64,000 nucleotides of DNA from Magallana gigas (lineage: Eukaryota). How positions within the stretch are numbered: position 1 is the stretch's first letter; the number at the start of each line of letters is the position of its first letter. The DNA lies in assembly GCF_963853765.1 (NCBI RefSeq), contig NC_088857.1, positions 9,610,001 through 9,674,000 on the forward strand, given 5' to 3'. Below are positions 1-13,704 of the stretch, piece after piece. Below the pieces are notes generated by a model. It saw only the letters and a list, made by a program, of their open reading frames with translations, made no database searches and was not told where the DNA came from. The position numbers and the translations under genes are program-made.

Positions 1-311
1 GAAACATCAAAACTGAGTACGATGGGTCGCCGGAATCTCAGAATTACTTCAGCAAACATATAAACGCGGTTCACGCCACGGTAAGCCATACTCGACAAAG
101 CTAACGAAACAAATAGATGTTTTAAGAACAGAATATGAGAATTTTTAAGATGTCTTTAAAAATTAAGTATTAACAGAAATACACAAAATCTATCGAACAG
201 AAAAGGGGTAAATGGTACTACGGTATATATTTCTGTTTTTATAATAAAAAAAAAACCATGCATGTATTTCATTTGAAATAATTCGTAGAAACGTGTACCA
301 CTCTGTTTCAG

Positions 312-3032
312 TTATCATGCTGTGGGTATATGAACGTGAGCGATTTTCAGCAGTCCCTGACCTGGAATCGGACCTTGGGGGACGGGAGCTCGGCGCAGGT
401 GCCCCTCTCCTGCTGTCTACCCCAGAGCAACTCCTCCATTCAGTCTACGGGCGGCAAAATGGACTGTAGAAAGACCCCGGATGTAACGAACTCCTACACT
501 GATGTAAAGTTGGGTTTTTTTTTATTACATTGGAAACTATACGTCGACTTTCAGATATGAATATTTGTAGATAAATGCATGTACATGTATTTAACTGTAT
601 ATATATATTCTTAAATAGGGGATGCTTTTTCTTGCATGACATTCATTCAATCTATAACGTTTGTCTCTGTTTTCCGGGCCAACATTATACATGTATATCA
701 CACTCACACTCATGTAAAATTGTTGCCCAGATCATTTCGGTCTATTGAATGGTACATTTGATCTAGCGCTAGGTCTTTTGTTTTAAAGATGCATTGTAGG
801 GCAGGCAAAACGCAAAAAAAAATAATGACAAGCGATAATTATGAGGTTGCAATAGTGTAAATGTGAGGTACCAGTAAATTTTTAGTGTTAAGAACCACAT
901 GCACTGTGTAAAGTGGTGGCTCTACGCAGGCCCACGTAACCACTACAGTCTTGACGCCTATATCAGTTTAGTTGTGGTTTAACGTTACTTAGATTCATAA
1001 ATACAGTATTGCAGGAGAAGCAGAAGAAGAGATGGAATTGATTTTTTTTAAACTTCGTGTTATATTTAGTCTATCCAATACGTTTACTCTATTGACAAAT
1101 GCTTACAGTTTTACTATAAAGCAAAGAAATCTTTAGGGATTACTTTTGTCCGAAAAAAAGTCATGTAGTTTAACTACATGTATTATTAATTTTTAACATA
1201 TTACAATTATATAAAATTAAGTTGGGAGTCTATCACTATTCCTTTATTTTATTTTCTATATTTACACGTGTGTATTGTAGGTCTCATTTCTTATCGCATG
1301 CTTGCTTTCTTTTGTGACGGACTTCTTCCGCAATTTTCCTTTTTGGGATATAACGAACCTTTAAAAACCACCGGACTTCTAATAGTTGAAGTATCGAGGA
1401 AGGAAATGCCATGTGTTTGACTATGCAGCCTTCATTTTTGCAAACATTTATGAACTTTCTTTAGCAGTTCCTTCCAAATCAAGATGCACTTTACCGTGTT
1501 GAAGTGGTGTGCATGTTTTAAAATGTTGAAGAAAAATAAATAGAGTAATCTTATCCAATCCAATTAATAAGAGACTCAATCCACTACTAGGGATTGATTA
1601 CTTTGTTCGGAATTTAACCACAGGGTCATCTTCGCTATCCAATGGTTTCTGATTCACACCGCTCCTCGCGAAGCGGCGGGAATCAGAAACCCGTGGCTAG
1701 TAAGATGCTGCAAGGTTTGGGTGTTTGACAATTAGGTAACTTTTTATGAGAGCAATGACATCAAACCAGTGGTCAACAGTCAACTACAACTGGATAAGGA
1801 TTTTAACTACCAGTTAACATGAACCGGTATTTTGAGCAGTCCATTCCCGAGTAAATATCAGTATAGCATATATTGGTGAACTTTGGTTCTCTTATTGCAT
1901 AATACGTTCAATTACTTCATGTGAATATTTCAATGGGAGTAACATGGTTTTAATATCCTTAACGTGTCCTACATTTGGTTCTCTTATTGCATAATACGTT
2001 CAATTACTTCATGTGAATATTTCAATGGGAGTAACATGGTTTTAATATCCTAAACGTGTCCTACATTGTGCTTTGTTTCTACGAGTGGTTTTTTTTTTAA
2101 CAAAATGTGAATTATTTTAATGATTCCATGTTTATTTGCTGGTTATTGTGTCATGAAAGCCACCATTTTGTTTATCAAGAACTACGGTATATCCATTCTA
2201 TTTGTGTTTCATTTGGTGATGCCCGTCGGTAAGCAAAATGAGAACATAATGAAGATGTTTAAAGTAATCATTCTGGTTTTGACTGAACGTTCTACAGCGT
2301 AGCTTTTACCATTACCGTCGTGCCATATAAGTATCAATGTAACATGAGCAGTACGTTTTACTTCAACGTAAAATATAGCTTTTGACCACATCTTAAAACA
2401 TAAATACAAATGGAGTATTATTATGTCCAGCAAAATCAATAACCCCCCCCCCCCCCATGTGCTGTGTGCTCTACGTTTTAAGACTTAGTTTTCTTTATTT
2501 GCTATAAAAGAGATTTACTGGTGTACTATTTTTATTTGACCAGCCCTGTATGCCAAAAGTGAGAGAACTGTTCCGGAAATATGAGATTATCGTCATCGCT
2601 TGTACCGCCACTCTGGCCTTCTGTCAGGTGAGTCTGGACTAAAAGAATACAACAATCTAAAAATTGACTAAAACACAGACAATCATCAGTAATATTAAAT
2701 AAGAAAATTAATGAATTAAAATGAAAGCATTGTGTCATTCTGGCAACCCGAATTAAATCGATAATTATGAATAAATAAAAAAAAGTATTTTTATAATAAT
2801 TCATATTGCATTAGAATAATCATTTTTAAAAGAATTTTAAAAAGAACTTAAAAGTGTGTTAATAAGGATGTTGCAATACTAACACGATCGACATGACTTA
2901 CTGTTCCTTCAATGAACTGAAATGGCGTTCTTTTCCTTTCAGCTGTTGATGCTTGTTTTGGTGCTGATACTGATGTGTTCGATAGTTCAAGACGAGACAC
3001 AGTATGACTTCAAACAGAACATGTACACGTAA
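312..3032 (+). CDS. Tetraspanin, last three coding exons (312-503, 2544-2627, 2943-3032); 5' part lies outside the window
   Basis: Exons join in phase 0 with AG/GT ends: LSCCGYMNVSDF...VPLSCC...MDC...|PCMPKVRELFRKYEIIVIACTATLAFCQ|LLMLVLVLILMCSIV...MYT*. Shows the CCG motif, the PxSCC motif, a 6-Cys large extracellular loop and the fourth TM helix. Confidence 0.9.
1628..1707. mobile_element. Short imperfect hairpin, MITE-like relic
   Basis: Arms ggtttctgattc / gaatcagaaacc with an inner ccgct/agcgg stem; the end motif aaacccgtggct is shared with the hairpin at 59911-59997. Confidence 0.5.
1882..2065. repeat. 92-bp direct tandem duplication (2 copies) in tetraspanin intron
   Basis: tttggttctcttattgc...gtgtcctaca at 1882-1973 and 1974-2065; one mismatch seen. 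Confidence 0.9.
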
Positions 3033-3281
3033 AAGCATTTGAACACACTTCATAACATTGTTATATTTCACTATATGATGTATGTTTTGTGGATTACAAT
3101 AACTTTTTTTTCAATATCAATCCAGTAGTTAAATAAAAAAATAACTGTAAAAAGTGATTTCTTAAACAAATGACAATGTTTATCAAATAAGGTACGTGCA
3201 ATTTTTAAAAAATAAAATTGGTGTTTTATTTTCTCTTTGTTTATTGACCTTTCGGTCATCGATGAAGTCAAAAGGACGACA

Positions 3282-3309
<28 letters not shown>
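3282..3309. repeat. (TC)n microsatellite
   Basis: Direct reading. Confidence 0.95.
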
Positions 3310-3312
<3 letters not shown>

Positions 3313-3420
3313 TTATATACAATCCTACAACAAAGAGGCCGTTCAAAAGTAGATAAAAATCTGAAACATTACAAGATATTTTGTATATTGCATAAGACTC
3401 CATAAAGCTGATTTTATCAT

Positions 3421-3467
3421 TGCTGCCGTTGCTCAGGTGAGCGATGTGGCCCATGGGCCTCCTGTTA
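3421..3467 (-). mobile_element. Helentron/HINE-like terminal fragment
   Basis: Minus strand reads aacaggaggcccatgggccacatcgctcacctgagc, the same head as the element at 19753; related heads at about 53210-53243 (-) and 53905-53945 (+). Confidence 0.55.
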
Positions 3468-4875
3468 CAAATGGCTCAGTTTCGATTCTTTGGCATATAT
3501 ATGGATTGTGCACACTGCCATACACTTTTACAGAAAGGCAACCGTTCTAGAATGCCTGAAACAAAAAAGCTTACGTTACAACATGGCGATTTTAGCGCAT
3601 TGTGAAACAGTTTATACCACCGTTCTTTGATGTCTCTCTCTGTGGCGCAGTGGGTGTTCCTTCAGTCTACCAACTCGCAAGCCCCGAGTTCTAATACTGC
3701 AGGGTTTTTTTTATTTTCATGAACAGCGGAACTTTCAAAAAGTTGATTTTTCCCCCAAAAAGTGAATTTTTTGCTAAAAATCCGTATCTTTAAGAAATTC
3801 AGAAGAATGGGCTTGTAGTCAGAACTTTTCTCAGGGGTGTGGAGGACCCTTAATAGAGTTATTTTTTCTATAGACTGATGTTGAAAAGAGTTAATTGTAT
3901 CCTTCACCCACAGTACCTTAACTTGTCCAACCCCCCCCCCCCCCCCACACCTCTTTTTTGTCGTTTTAATTATTTTGATAAGAAACCTGTGGGTTCTTTG
4001 ATTTTTGTCAAGATTATCAATTTTAAAACAATAGTTTGTGTTAAGTTTTAATTTTTAAGATTAGTTCAAATAATACAATTTTGAATTTTTAAAAAAAAAC
4101 CGATTAGATGGATGGATTTCAAAACTAGTAAAACGTTTTAAATGCAAGGCATTTTTACCTGTAGTGCATGTACATGCTATCATGTTCCAATCTCAACAAA
4201 CTGTAAAAACTACGCCGCTGTAGAAAGCCCAACCTACATCGTGTTCAAACATACTAGGAAGCGTCACAACAAAACCAGGTCCCGATAAAGTCAACTTAAT
4301 CAGGAACAGATGCTTCGGGTATAACATTAATCAAGTTACAATTAATGGATTTGAACTGACGATTAAGAAAGCCGTGTGATGTTTAAGAGAGGCGATTTTT
4401 GTCGGTTTCCGTATAATTTTTGTACAGCAAAATGTCCTCCTAATGTTTTGATTCTAAATACCTGTTTTAAAGGAAAGTGTCAATCACGTCAGAATTAAGT
4501 GCACCGATTTCTAAATAATTGGCCGATCGAATTGATTTTTTAAATTATTTATGAAATTAATAGCTATTAATAAGAATCCGATATCCTACCGCGCGGATCC
4601 CGCTGATTTTGACGCCTTTCTGGGACTGCCTAATCACTCTCATTAAACGGTGAGGCGGAATCTAATAACATAAAGGAATCCGGCCAGGGAAAATAAAAAA
4701 ATAAAACTCGGTCACATAATTTCTTTTCTGATATTGCAAAATCGAAATTCGGTTTCTTAAATTGTTGCAACGAAAATTTCTTATCTTAGTTGAACATGTT
4801 TACCCAAGTGAAAGGTGGGAAATTGATAAGAAAATTAAAAACATCTTATTTTTTCACTAGGAGTTTTGTTTAGAA

Positions 4876-7772
4876 ATGACAAATAGTATTATGAATTTTT
4901 CAATTGTCTTTCAAACTGTTGCATTATCGTACTTCTGCATCGTGATCAACATATTACTTCGAAGTTCTTCCGCTGTTGAGATTAGAACCGAGTCCAGTTT
5001 TCGCAGACACAATTTAACCGATCGTTTTACAACTGACCGTTTGCTGCGGATCCACGATGGAATAGACTCCACCATCCACTGTAGCGTTCTTTGTGTGGAG
5101 AACCCCCTTTGTGTGAGCTTTTTCCACTCACCCTCAGCGGCTCAATGTAGATTGCATTCTTTCGTTGTTGGAAATATAACAGAGACAAAAACAGACAATG
5201 GTTCCGTCTACTTTGTACTAAAGAGAGGTACGGTATCATATTCTATTATTCGTATAGAGAAATACATGTAAAACTTCTTTGATAGGCAATAAAACTCTTC
5301 CATGTACAATGTAACCGAACCAAAACAATTGCCAAATGAACTTTAGAAAAGTTATGCAATTATCATTCACGTCGCGTTGATGTTATTTTTTACGGTATTG
5401 CAATTCTCACTAAGACATATTTTTTGGTTGTGGAAAAAGTTGTACCAGGAAGCGTGAAGTCTGATTAAAAATTCTGATGTTCATATCGTTAGTTTCGACG
5501 AAAAAATTTAGGCAAGCATTTGCGCTTTTGAAAAATATACTTTGAAGAAAATTATTTTTAAAAAAGAGGTTCGAATGAATTGTTATTTATAATGCCATTT
5601 TTTTAAATATAGGGCCCCAAACAGATATTATAATTTTCCTGAAATTTTTTATAAAATCTGTCATGGAAATTAATAATTTGAAGAATTCAAAGAAATATTT
5701 ATAGTTTTAAGTATCATTTAATTATGAATTTAATACAGTATGAAGTTGAACACATGTAGTGACTATAAAAATAAAATCTACGTCAAAGTTTAAAAATTCT
5801 TGATTTACTGCTGGCTTCAAAAGTCAGTGTATAATGAACACAACAACATATGTTACAAATTTTAGAGTAATCAAATTATAACGCAAAATAAAAAAAATTA
5901 TAGTAATCAGTATGTCATCTTTCCAAAACTTTGCATACAAATAGACATACATTTAATGTCTCATTTAAAAATAAGACAAGTATGGGCCACATCTCAAAAA
6001 TTTTAGAAATAGCTTGAAATAAGCTAGTTTTAGGCCAAACTTGGAGTTAATTTTCTCTCAACTCCTATGAAACAAAAGCTAAATATGCCAAAATATATCG
6101 ATAGAAATATTAAAATATTTGTTAAAATATGTTTTTAGAACATCATGAATATATCGTAATACAATAACTATCCAGAAGTTTGGTCTGCGCTGAAAATTAG
6201 GAAGCTAAAGTAACAGTACTCTAGATCTAAAATTAGCGAGTTATGAAAATTGTTCATTTCCTTCTTGAAAACCTTCCGCCACAAAATATAGTTCCTTAAT
6301 AAACTCTGTAAAAATCTTTTTTTAAACAATTTAATTCAATAAAATTCATTTGGCATTGTAGAATATAAATATACTACTAGAACTAAATTAATTATGTGAT
6401 GCAGAATTTGACCCAAAATGGCTACCCAAAACCTAAGGAGCGAACCTCTTTAACGTTTTCATTTCGGTACAGATATATACATAGATTTGATACGATACAA
6501 CACTATGTTACATCATTTACTTCTATGAAGAACTCATGGTCTGTTTTACAGGGATTGGTTATATCGGGGATTCCTGTGTTATGGACTCGGACTGCGTGAC
6601 CGGAAACTCCGAGTGTCGGGGAGAACAGTGCTGGTGTAAGGCCGGATACAGCTTCAGTCCACGACTCTGGTCCTGTGATCAAAGTAAGAGAAGAATTTGT
6701 CTTGACTCATAAACAACAAAAAATCCATGCATTACAGAATACTGTGGTTCAAGGAAAATCGTGAAAGCGTTGCAGTATATTGCAGTATAATGGCTGTATA
6801 ATACATAGCTTAAGGTGGTATGGGAGACCTCCATATTGTGACGTACTTCCGATCAAAATCAACAATACAATGAAGTATAAATACATGTAAATATTTCCAA
6901 AAATTATTACATAACAGCTTAGCGCAATGGGATAGAACGTTAACTACGAATCAGTAAGTCAAGAGTTCGAATCCCGCTGGAGCTTTTGTAATTTTTTACT
7001 TTCGATAAACTTTGAAAACATATTTTTGATCAAATATTGTCAAATTTGAAAAATTCTGAGTATTTTGTTTAAAATGTACTTCTATCTACATCAATATCGA
7101 CAGGTGTCCCATACCACCTTGATTAATATAGGTTTTCTCATCTAGAGTTTAAGATTTTTTTTGGCAAAATTATGAACATTCAAAAGCATGAGACATGGAG
7201 TAAAATAGTTATTGCAATAGTAGCTATTATCAACGATATAAAATTATTGATAAATGTTGCTTCGATTTCAATGCCGTTACCATTTCACAAACCATGTTAA
7301 CCGGAAATAAGCAGCTTTCTACGCCTGTGATGTTTATAGATAATGATAACTGTTTCAATAATGACCGGACTGAATTTCCTTGCCTTTTTCTAGCAAAAAT
7401 TCCCCAAAATATTTTACACAATTTTATAGTGTGGAAAATAACGTAAAACCTTCGATCTTCATAGACTATAGTATTGACTGCATGATGAATTAATCTGTTG
7501 TAGATTGCACAGCTGGATACGGCAAGTTCTACTCTCTTTATAGTCGCCATTTTCTCAATGGACAAAACAGGGAAACACATCTTAACGTGACCTTGACCCA
7601 ATGCCGTGACCTCTGTACCTCAGCTGTTGATTTCGTCTGCAGAACATTCGAGTATGGGTACAAATCAGAAAAATGTTATTTACAGGAAGTGACGTATTTA
7701 GATTTCCCTGGTGACTGGTATGAGGATGTCTACTATCATGAGTTTGATTACTATCAGAGGGATTGCTTGTAA
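4876..7772 (+). CDS. Secreted PAN/apple - EB(EGF-like) - PAN/apple protein, about 250 aa; exons 4876-5227, 6552-6683, 7504-7772
   Basis: Hydrophobic N-terminus; exon 1 has C-x3-C-x5-C-x-S...C (HCSVLCVENPLCVSF...QCRL); exon 2 is Cys-rich (CVMDSDC...SECRGEQCWCKAGY); exon 3 has QCRDLC...VCRTFEY...KCYLQ...YYQRDCL*. Both introns are phase 1, GT-AG. Confidence 0.85.
6814..7118. mobile_element. TTAA-flanked (Kolobok-like) MITE carrying a tRNA-like A/B-box segment
   Basis: TIR ggtggtatggga / tcccataccacc; TTAA on the left and TTGA on the right; internal tagcgcaatgg (6920-6930) and gagttcgaatccc (6963-6975). A second copy starts at 55145. Confidence 0.7.
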
Positions 7773-9252
7773 AATTTGTAATCTGACATTTGTATTTGTG
7801 GGTTTTTTTTACTTAGGATCTGTATATTTTTATTTTGACAAACTATTTTGTTGTCAAGAATATGGTTTATTAACTTGGTTTTCCCGTTCCATTTAATGAA
7901 ATCCGTCTAAATGTGTAAAATACATCTGGCAATATTAAACTTACCTGTTTTATTTATCACAGCTAAAATTGTATCGACAATCCATATAAATGCGCCTTGA
8001 ATATTTATATGTATTGTTTGTCATCAAAAATTGTGATGTAATTTCCATTTCTGTTTGTAAAGCGCCATTTAATTGACTAAATAAAAAAGATTACGCTTGT
8101 AAAAAAATTTCCTAACGTAACATTGGTTTGTGTCTAAATTCGCATCAATGCCCATGACATTTATTAAAGGAATAAGGAATCACTCTTCGGCCAAATCATA
8201 CGGTCAACTCAGATTTCCAGACACATTGCACAAAACTTCGATGGAAAATTTTATTCAAATTCATGTCAAATCCTTTGTGTCTGAATATTGAACACGGCGC
8301 AAAAGTAGCATTTAGCATGCGTCTAAGTTAAGTTTCCATCTTTAAAAAAACCAAAAAAACCTAACACGTGTGATGCCATACGATGAGAAAATGCCCAAAG
8401 CGCATTTGTTTTGGTGTGTCTTCCCTGACAGGGTAGATAATAAGTATCAATTACCTTTTACTCTTTATAAGAAAAGAAATATACCTAAGAGAGAAGTATT
8501 TTTTTCTATAGGATACTGGAGTATTTAATTTATAGACCATGTAGGTTTTTCTAAAATTTCATTAAGGACTTTATTTTCCAAAATTCTAAAGAATATGGAT
8601 GAAATATTTTATTAAATTAATTTTTTCCTTTTTTTTTTAAAAATCTTTTTGGTTTCTTGTTTCAATCCTAACAAATTCGAAAGAACTCCTCAAGAAAGTT
8701 ATTCTTTATAATTATCATTGTTATAAATTAGGATACTTTTTATGAAATATTTCAATTGACAGGTCATATACGTCAATAACAATTATATTGGTGATAAATT
8801 TTTTTTAACATTCATATTATGATATCATATATTACATAATTGAGCTTTGACCGGAAACTGTGTCTGAGAAAGGTGCAAGACACCACACACCAGTATTATG
8901 GTTCACGCAGTGTTAGGGTTGAAATACATGTATTTGTCTTTTTGGGATTTGTCCTTAAACTGCTAAAATAATCAGTGTTATATAATTATAAAATGTAACA
9001 AATTTATCAGAGGTGATAAGTTTGAACGACCAAAGCTTTAATTTGTAAATCTCTCATGCTTATGTTAGCGATAATAAAATGATGCAGGAAAGAAAACACG
9101 ACACATGCGAGCAAATGTATCGTTAGGAGCAATTAGCGCCTGATCTGGTATTAACGAACTCTTCATGTCAGCGGGTAAAAAAGATCAATTTGAAAAAAAT
9201 AGATCGAAACATTCATAATGTGTGTTGGCTCGTCTTTTTCACATCAAATACG

Positions 9253-11143
9253 ATGGCATCATTGGACATGAGAGGTTGTACCTGTGTTTTGTTTTACATC
9301 GTAATTACACTGTATACCCAATCTACAGCAGAATCAAGAATCTTACGAGGGTTCCAAGATGCCAAAATGAAAAACAGGGTATTTCTGTCTCCGCCTATTC
9401 ACGTGTCCTCCAAACGGAGCAAAATACAGTGTGTAGACGCGTGTTCGATGGTCCAGGCTTGCATTTCTTTGTTGTATAACAGTGTCAACAAGTCCTGCTT
9501 CCTGTACGACCAAGACTTCACCGAGGACGATAATTGGGATTCGGAAGAAAACTGGGACTACTTCTATATCATACGAGGTAAATACGGGGCCTTTGTAACA
9601 AAAAAATGACGATTAAAAAATGGAGTACGACTACCTCTTGGAAGAAAGCATAAAGAACTCCAAAAAATATTTTTAATTTTGAAATATCATTCAGGTTAAA
9701 CATTTTTGGAAGTTCCATTGTTAAGTTATTAGAACAAGTATAATGCAATTCGACTCCAATGGAAGAGTCACTGGTATGACTTAATTTTGAATGGTTTTCT
9801 TTCTTTCCACGTTCCAGTATTTCAAATAAACTTCAATAGTTTGTATATTTACCTTATTTTAAACACAAAGCGGTATCAACTTCGTACGGATTAAGTTTAA
9901 ATATGTAAAAACGGTATGTTCAGATGTTTGTTTTCGTTGCTAATGTAAGAAATCATATCCCACAGAGGAAAGTATTAAAAGAAAAATGCATAGCATGCAA
10001 CTAATGATGATTATGTCCTTTACTGGAGTTTTTTTTTTCTATCTAAATTTAAAAAATAAAAAAGAAAACCAAATATAATTCTTCATATTGTAAAGTTTGC
10101 AATGTGAAAAATGTCGTAAAAACGAGCGAAATTTCAATAATCGCAAAAATAACTAAATATACAATACAAATACCATCAATTTATTTAAAAAGATTTTCAT
10201 TGGGTTATGTTTTTCTCAACTACAAATATTATCATTTATACTTTAGCAATTTATTGAAACTTTTTTATATCTATCATTTAACATGATATTAACAATAACA
10301 TTAAAAATCAGTAAATTAAAATAATAAAATTACATGTATTTGAAATTTGTTCATTGTGGAAACATATTATGAGAAAACAGTTATTTTTTATACAGATAAT
10401 TGATGAAATGTTCCGTTAGTTTAGGGATATCAATAAATCAGAATTTAAGATCTTTATGGACTGTCTCATTACACAACATATTTCAGAATAACTAAGTCTA
10501 CTGCCAAAATTGAAAATATCTTTGTATATAGTAAGTGTGCAAGTTTCTAAATCAATTGAGGTATCTTGGCAACTTATTATCAACTTTTCATTAGGTACAC
10601 GTATAGATTATTTTTGAAAATTTTGTTGTATACTCAAACCCGGTCCACGTGATCTATCTATTCATTTTTAATGAAGTCATAAAATAATCTAAAGCAGCCT
10701 GCACGCTGCAATATACGATGGTCATATTGGGTATTCAGTGTATGATTATTAGTAATCACTTGAATAAAAAGTACAGATAGTATTACTTGTTCATCGTTTT
10801 CTAGTGTATTATTTGAACTGTTCTGAAATATTTTGGAAAACCAATCAAATTCATGTTTTCTTTTATCAGATCGTACTTAAACTAAACATGTATTTACACT
10901 TAGTACATAATTAAGTATTCGTTAAATAAAATATCGGATGATTTTTTTTTAAATGGTTGACTGGGGTAGGTTTGAGATGAGATGTAAAGAATATATTTAT
11001 GTGCATTTCTTTCCCTCATATTTAACATTTTCGTATTTTGATATTAGGAACATCGATTACCAGGAGCAACACGTAGTGTAGGGCTGTAGGCCTTCAATAT
11101 TTCCTTATGAACAATAATTAATGTATTGCGTAAATAAAAGGGC

Positions 11144-11195
<52 letters not shown>

Positions 11196-13090
11196 TCTAG
11201 AATTCTAGATTTTAAAAAAAAATACGTCAAAGAGCTCCAAAATGTGGGAGCCAAATTACCAATAAGCCGACCTATAAGTCACCTAGTTCACTATTGGAAG
11301 TTAATGAACCGTATTTCCCTAATCAAATACAAGCATCGGAAAAAAGTATCCAATTGCGATTCCTGAATCTTCCAGCAATGATGCAACTACAGGTTGTCAA
11401 TACGGTCCAAAATAACGCGGAAATGAGAAACGCCATATTGGTAAGTCATGGTCAATACGATTGATAAAGGAATTGGTATTCCGGACCAGAGATGCTATAC
11501 GGCAGCTCTTTTCATGGGATGCTCAATAAGATTTTTTTTTCTGGTTTTCTTTCAATTTGGATTGCATCCTTGGTCCACTTATTGGGACATCGATCACTCA
11601 ATCAAAGGAAGATGCCAGCATTCGTGTCAAGGTTTTGTTCCTGTTGTTACGAAGTTGCTATCGGTTGTCATTCTCACGTTGTAGAAGCGTCACTTTTTGA
11701 CAGTTTTTTAAAGGGTTTCAAGTGGAAAGTATTGTCGAGATAAAAATCAAATCTTGCATATTGGTGGCTGAATTCGTTCTGTCGTAATATCAGTGAACTT
11801 CCTATAATGATATACTGTGAAATCATGTTTCGCATGCAGGACTACAAATCTCGGTATCCACGGTTTCATTGAAACCTCTCTACCGCAAATTTCCCTAACC
11901 ATAATACTGACATATAGTTTTATGCAAATTAATTGTAGTTTTTCGGAAATCTACAATGTAAAACTGTTGTTTACTACTTGAATGACCAAAAAAAGGCCAA
12001 TAAACTAAACTATTGTTTTGTAGGGGAAACCAGTCAGATGCTATGATTATTATAATAGCAAAATTATATTATTCCTATAATGTACAGAAATTTGGTTTGC
12101 TAAATATTTAAAAGTACAAATGAAATTCAACACATTGTGTTTCTACATATATGAACAAAAAAGTCGCTTGGCCATTCCAAAAAGCTTCATATTTTGAAAT
12201 ATTTTTTCAGTATATGCAGTGTATATAATTTCGTGTTATTCATGCAAAATGATCTCGTTTATTTTCGCATTATATGAAATATCAAACCGATTTTCTTTTA
12301 GTTCCAGATTGGTCTATCATAAAAGCTGAATGCAACAAGCAAGACCGCTTTCAGTATATTCAATCCCTGGATATCTGCTTCAAACTTTTTCACCGAAAAG
12401 AAAAATACCATGAAGCACTGGACGACTGCAAAAATTCCAAAGGGGGCAACCTGATGAAAATAGACAGAAAACTGAAACAAAAGGAAGTTGAAAACTATCT
12501 TGGTAAATTTGTTTTATTTATATGAGGGAAATATTCAAGAGCCATCGGGTTTTCAATTATGGGGGGGGGGGTAATGTTGTATTATAAGCACTTAAACAAA
12601 TCTTAATGATTGAAAATATAAGATCCAATTATCTAATTCATTGTTTGAATATATAGTTGCTACTAGAAGCCGACGTGTGTTGTAAATTCATTAACCTTTA
12701 CTCTTAGTATAAAAATAGTTTTCAAAGAACAATTAAGCAGTCAATGTTCTTATTGCACCAGCGCCTACTTCTTTTAATTCCTTTCCTGTAAAATGAATTT
12801 AACAGCCTACAGTTGCTGATACACGTACATTTAACTTCATTGCATCATTCACAGACTCTGTTTCAGGCAGCTTATCATCCGACGAACAAATCCGCATCGC
12901 TGGCTATCACTCACAATACAACACGTGGGTGTTTGACGATAACGAGGCTATGACCTATTTTAACTGGAATACAGGAGGTGACCAGCCGGACGGACAGACA
13001 GGCATTGCCCTGTCTGTGGGTGCTGGCTACAAGTGGCACGATGTTTCTGATGACAGGGACCTCAGATTCATCTGTGAAATCAGGGCATAG
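9253..13090 (+). CDS. Secreted PAN/apple + C-type lectin domain protein, about 249 aa; exons 9253-9577, 12302-12502, 12867-13090
   Basis: Signal-like N-terminus; PAN Cys pattern QCVDACSMVQACISL...SCFL; long-form CTLD with ECNKQ...ICF...DDCK, FNWNTGGDQPDG, KWHDVS and FICEIRA*. Introns are phase 1. Alternative in-frame acceptors exist at 12308 and 12855. Confidence 0.88.
11146..11191. repeat. (CT)n microsatellite
   Basis: Direct reading. Confidence 0.95.
11350..11835 (-). pseudogene. Possible decayed LRR / LRR-CT / TM (Toll-like receptor-like) fragment, antisense in an intron
   Basis: One minus-strand frame of 162 codons with 7 stops reads SSLILRQNEFS (LRR-like) ... GIFL*LSDRCP...KPEKK...KELPYSISGPEY ... 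MAFLISALFWTVLTTCSCIIAGRFRNRNW (TM plus basic stop-transfer). Weak resemblance only. Confidence 0.25.
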
Positions 13091-13704
13091 GTGGAAAACA
13101 ATGATTTGTTATGAACTCGTCTATAACGACTGCTATACATAATGTAAATGGTGAACAGTATATACATTTGTATAATAGACATTGTAAAAAGAGTTGATTG
13201 ATTTTATTGAAGTGTGTATTAATTTATTGGTTCATATAATAAAAGTCAAACTTTTTTTTAATTTGAATTAAAGATTGAAAAATAAATCTGTTGTATTTAA
13301 AATGGCCGCCAGTTTGATTATTTGAAGAATTTGCGTAGAATTTACAATTTACGTAGGTAATCTTTTCCAAGTTCCTTCTTCTTACTGATAGAAGATGGCC
13401 GCAACGTCTACATCCATGTAAGACTAATCGGACAGATAAGCGTACAGTTCAGTGTATAATTCGAGGATTAATTTTAATATAATTTGAAGCTTTTTAATGA
13501 AATACGAAACCGCGAATATAAAAGCTTTGATTAATCGCAGTGTCATGATTTCGTGTATAATGATCACTGTTAATATAGGAAAAATCAACCTTGCATTACT
13601 CTTCTGAAAGATAGATCTACTTTTTAAAAAAAATGTTAATAATTTGACAAATTACAATGCAAAAATGCAAGAGTGCGCTAATGATGGACTCCTCGGAATG
13701 TTTA

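Noticed and set aside
3071-3454. ORFs containing ERERER, SLSLSL or YIYIYI runs (also at 11121, 27842, 52641)
   Set aside because: Microsatellite translations.
6914-6984. Possible tRNA gene
   Set aside because: A and B boxes are present but I could not fold a convincing cloverleaf, and it lies inside a TIR element.
8163-8430. ttaaaggaataaggaatca, a Kolobok-like left end
   Set aside because: No matching right end found, so boundaries cannot be supported.
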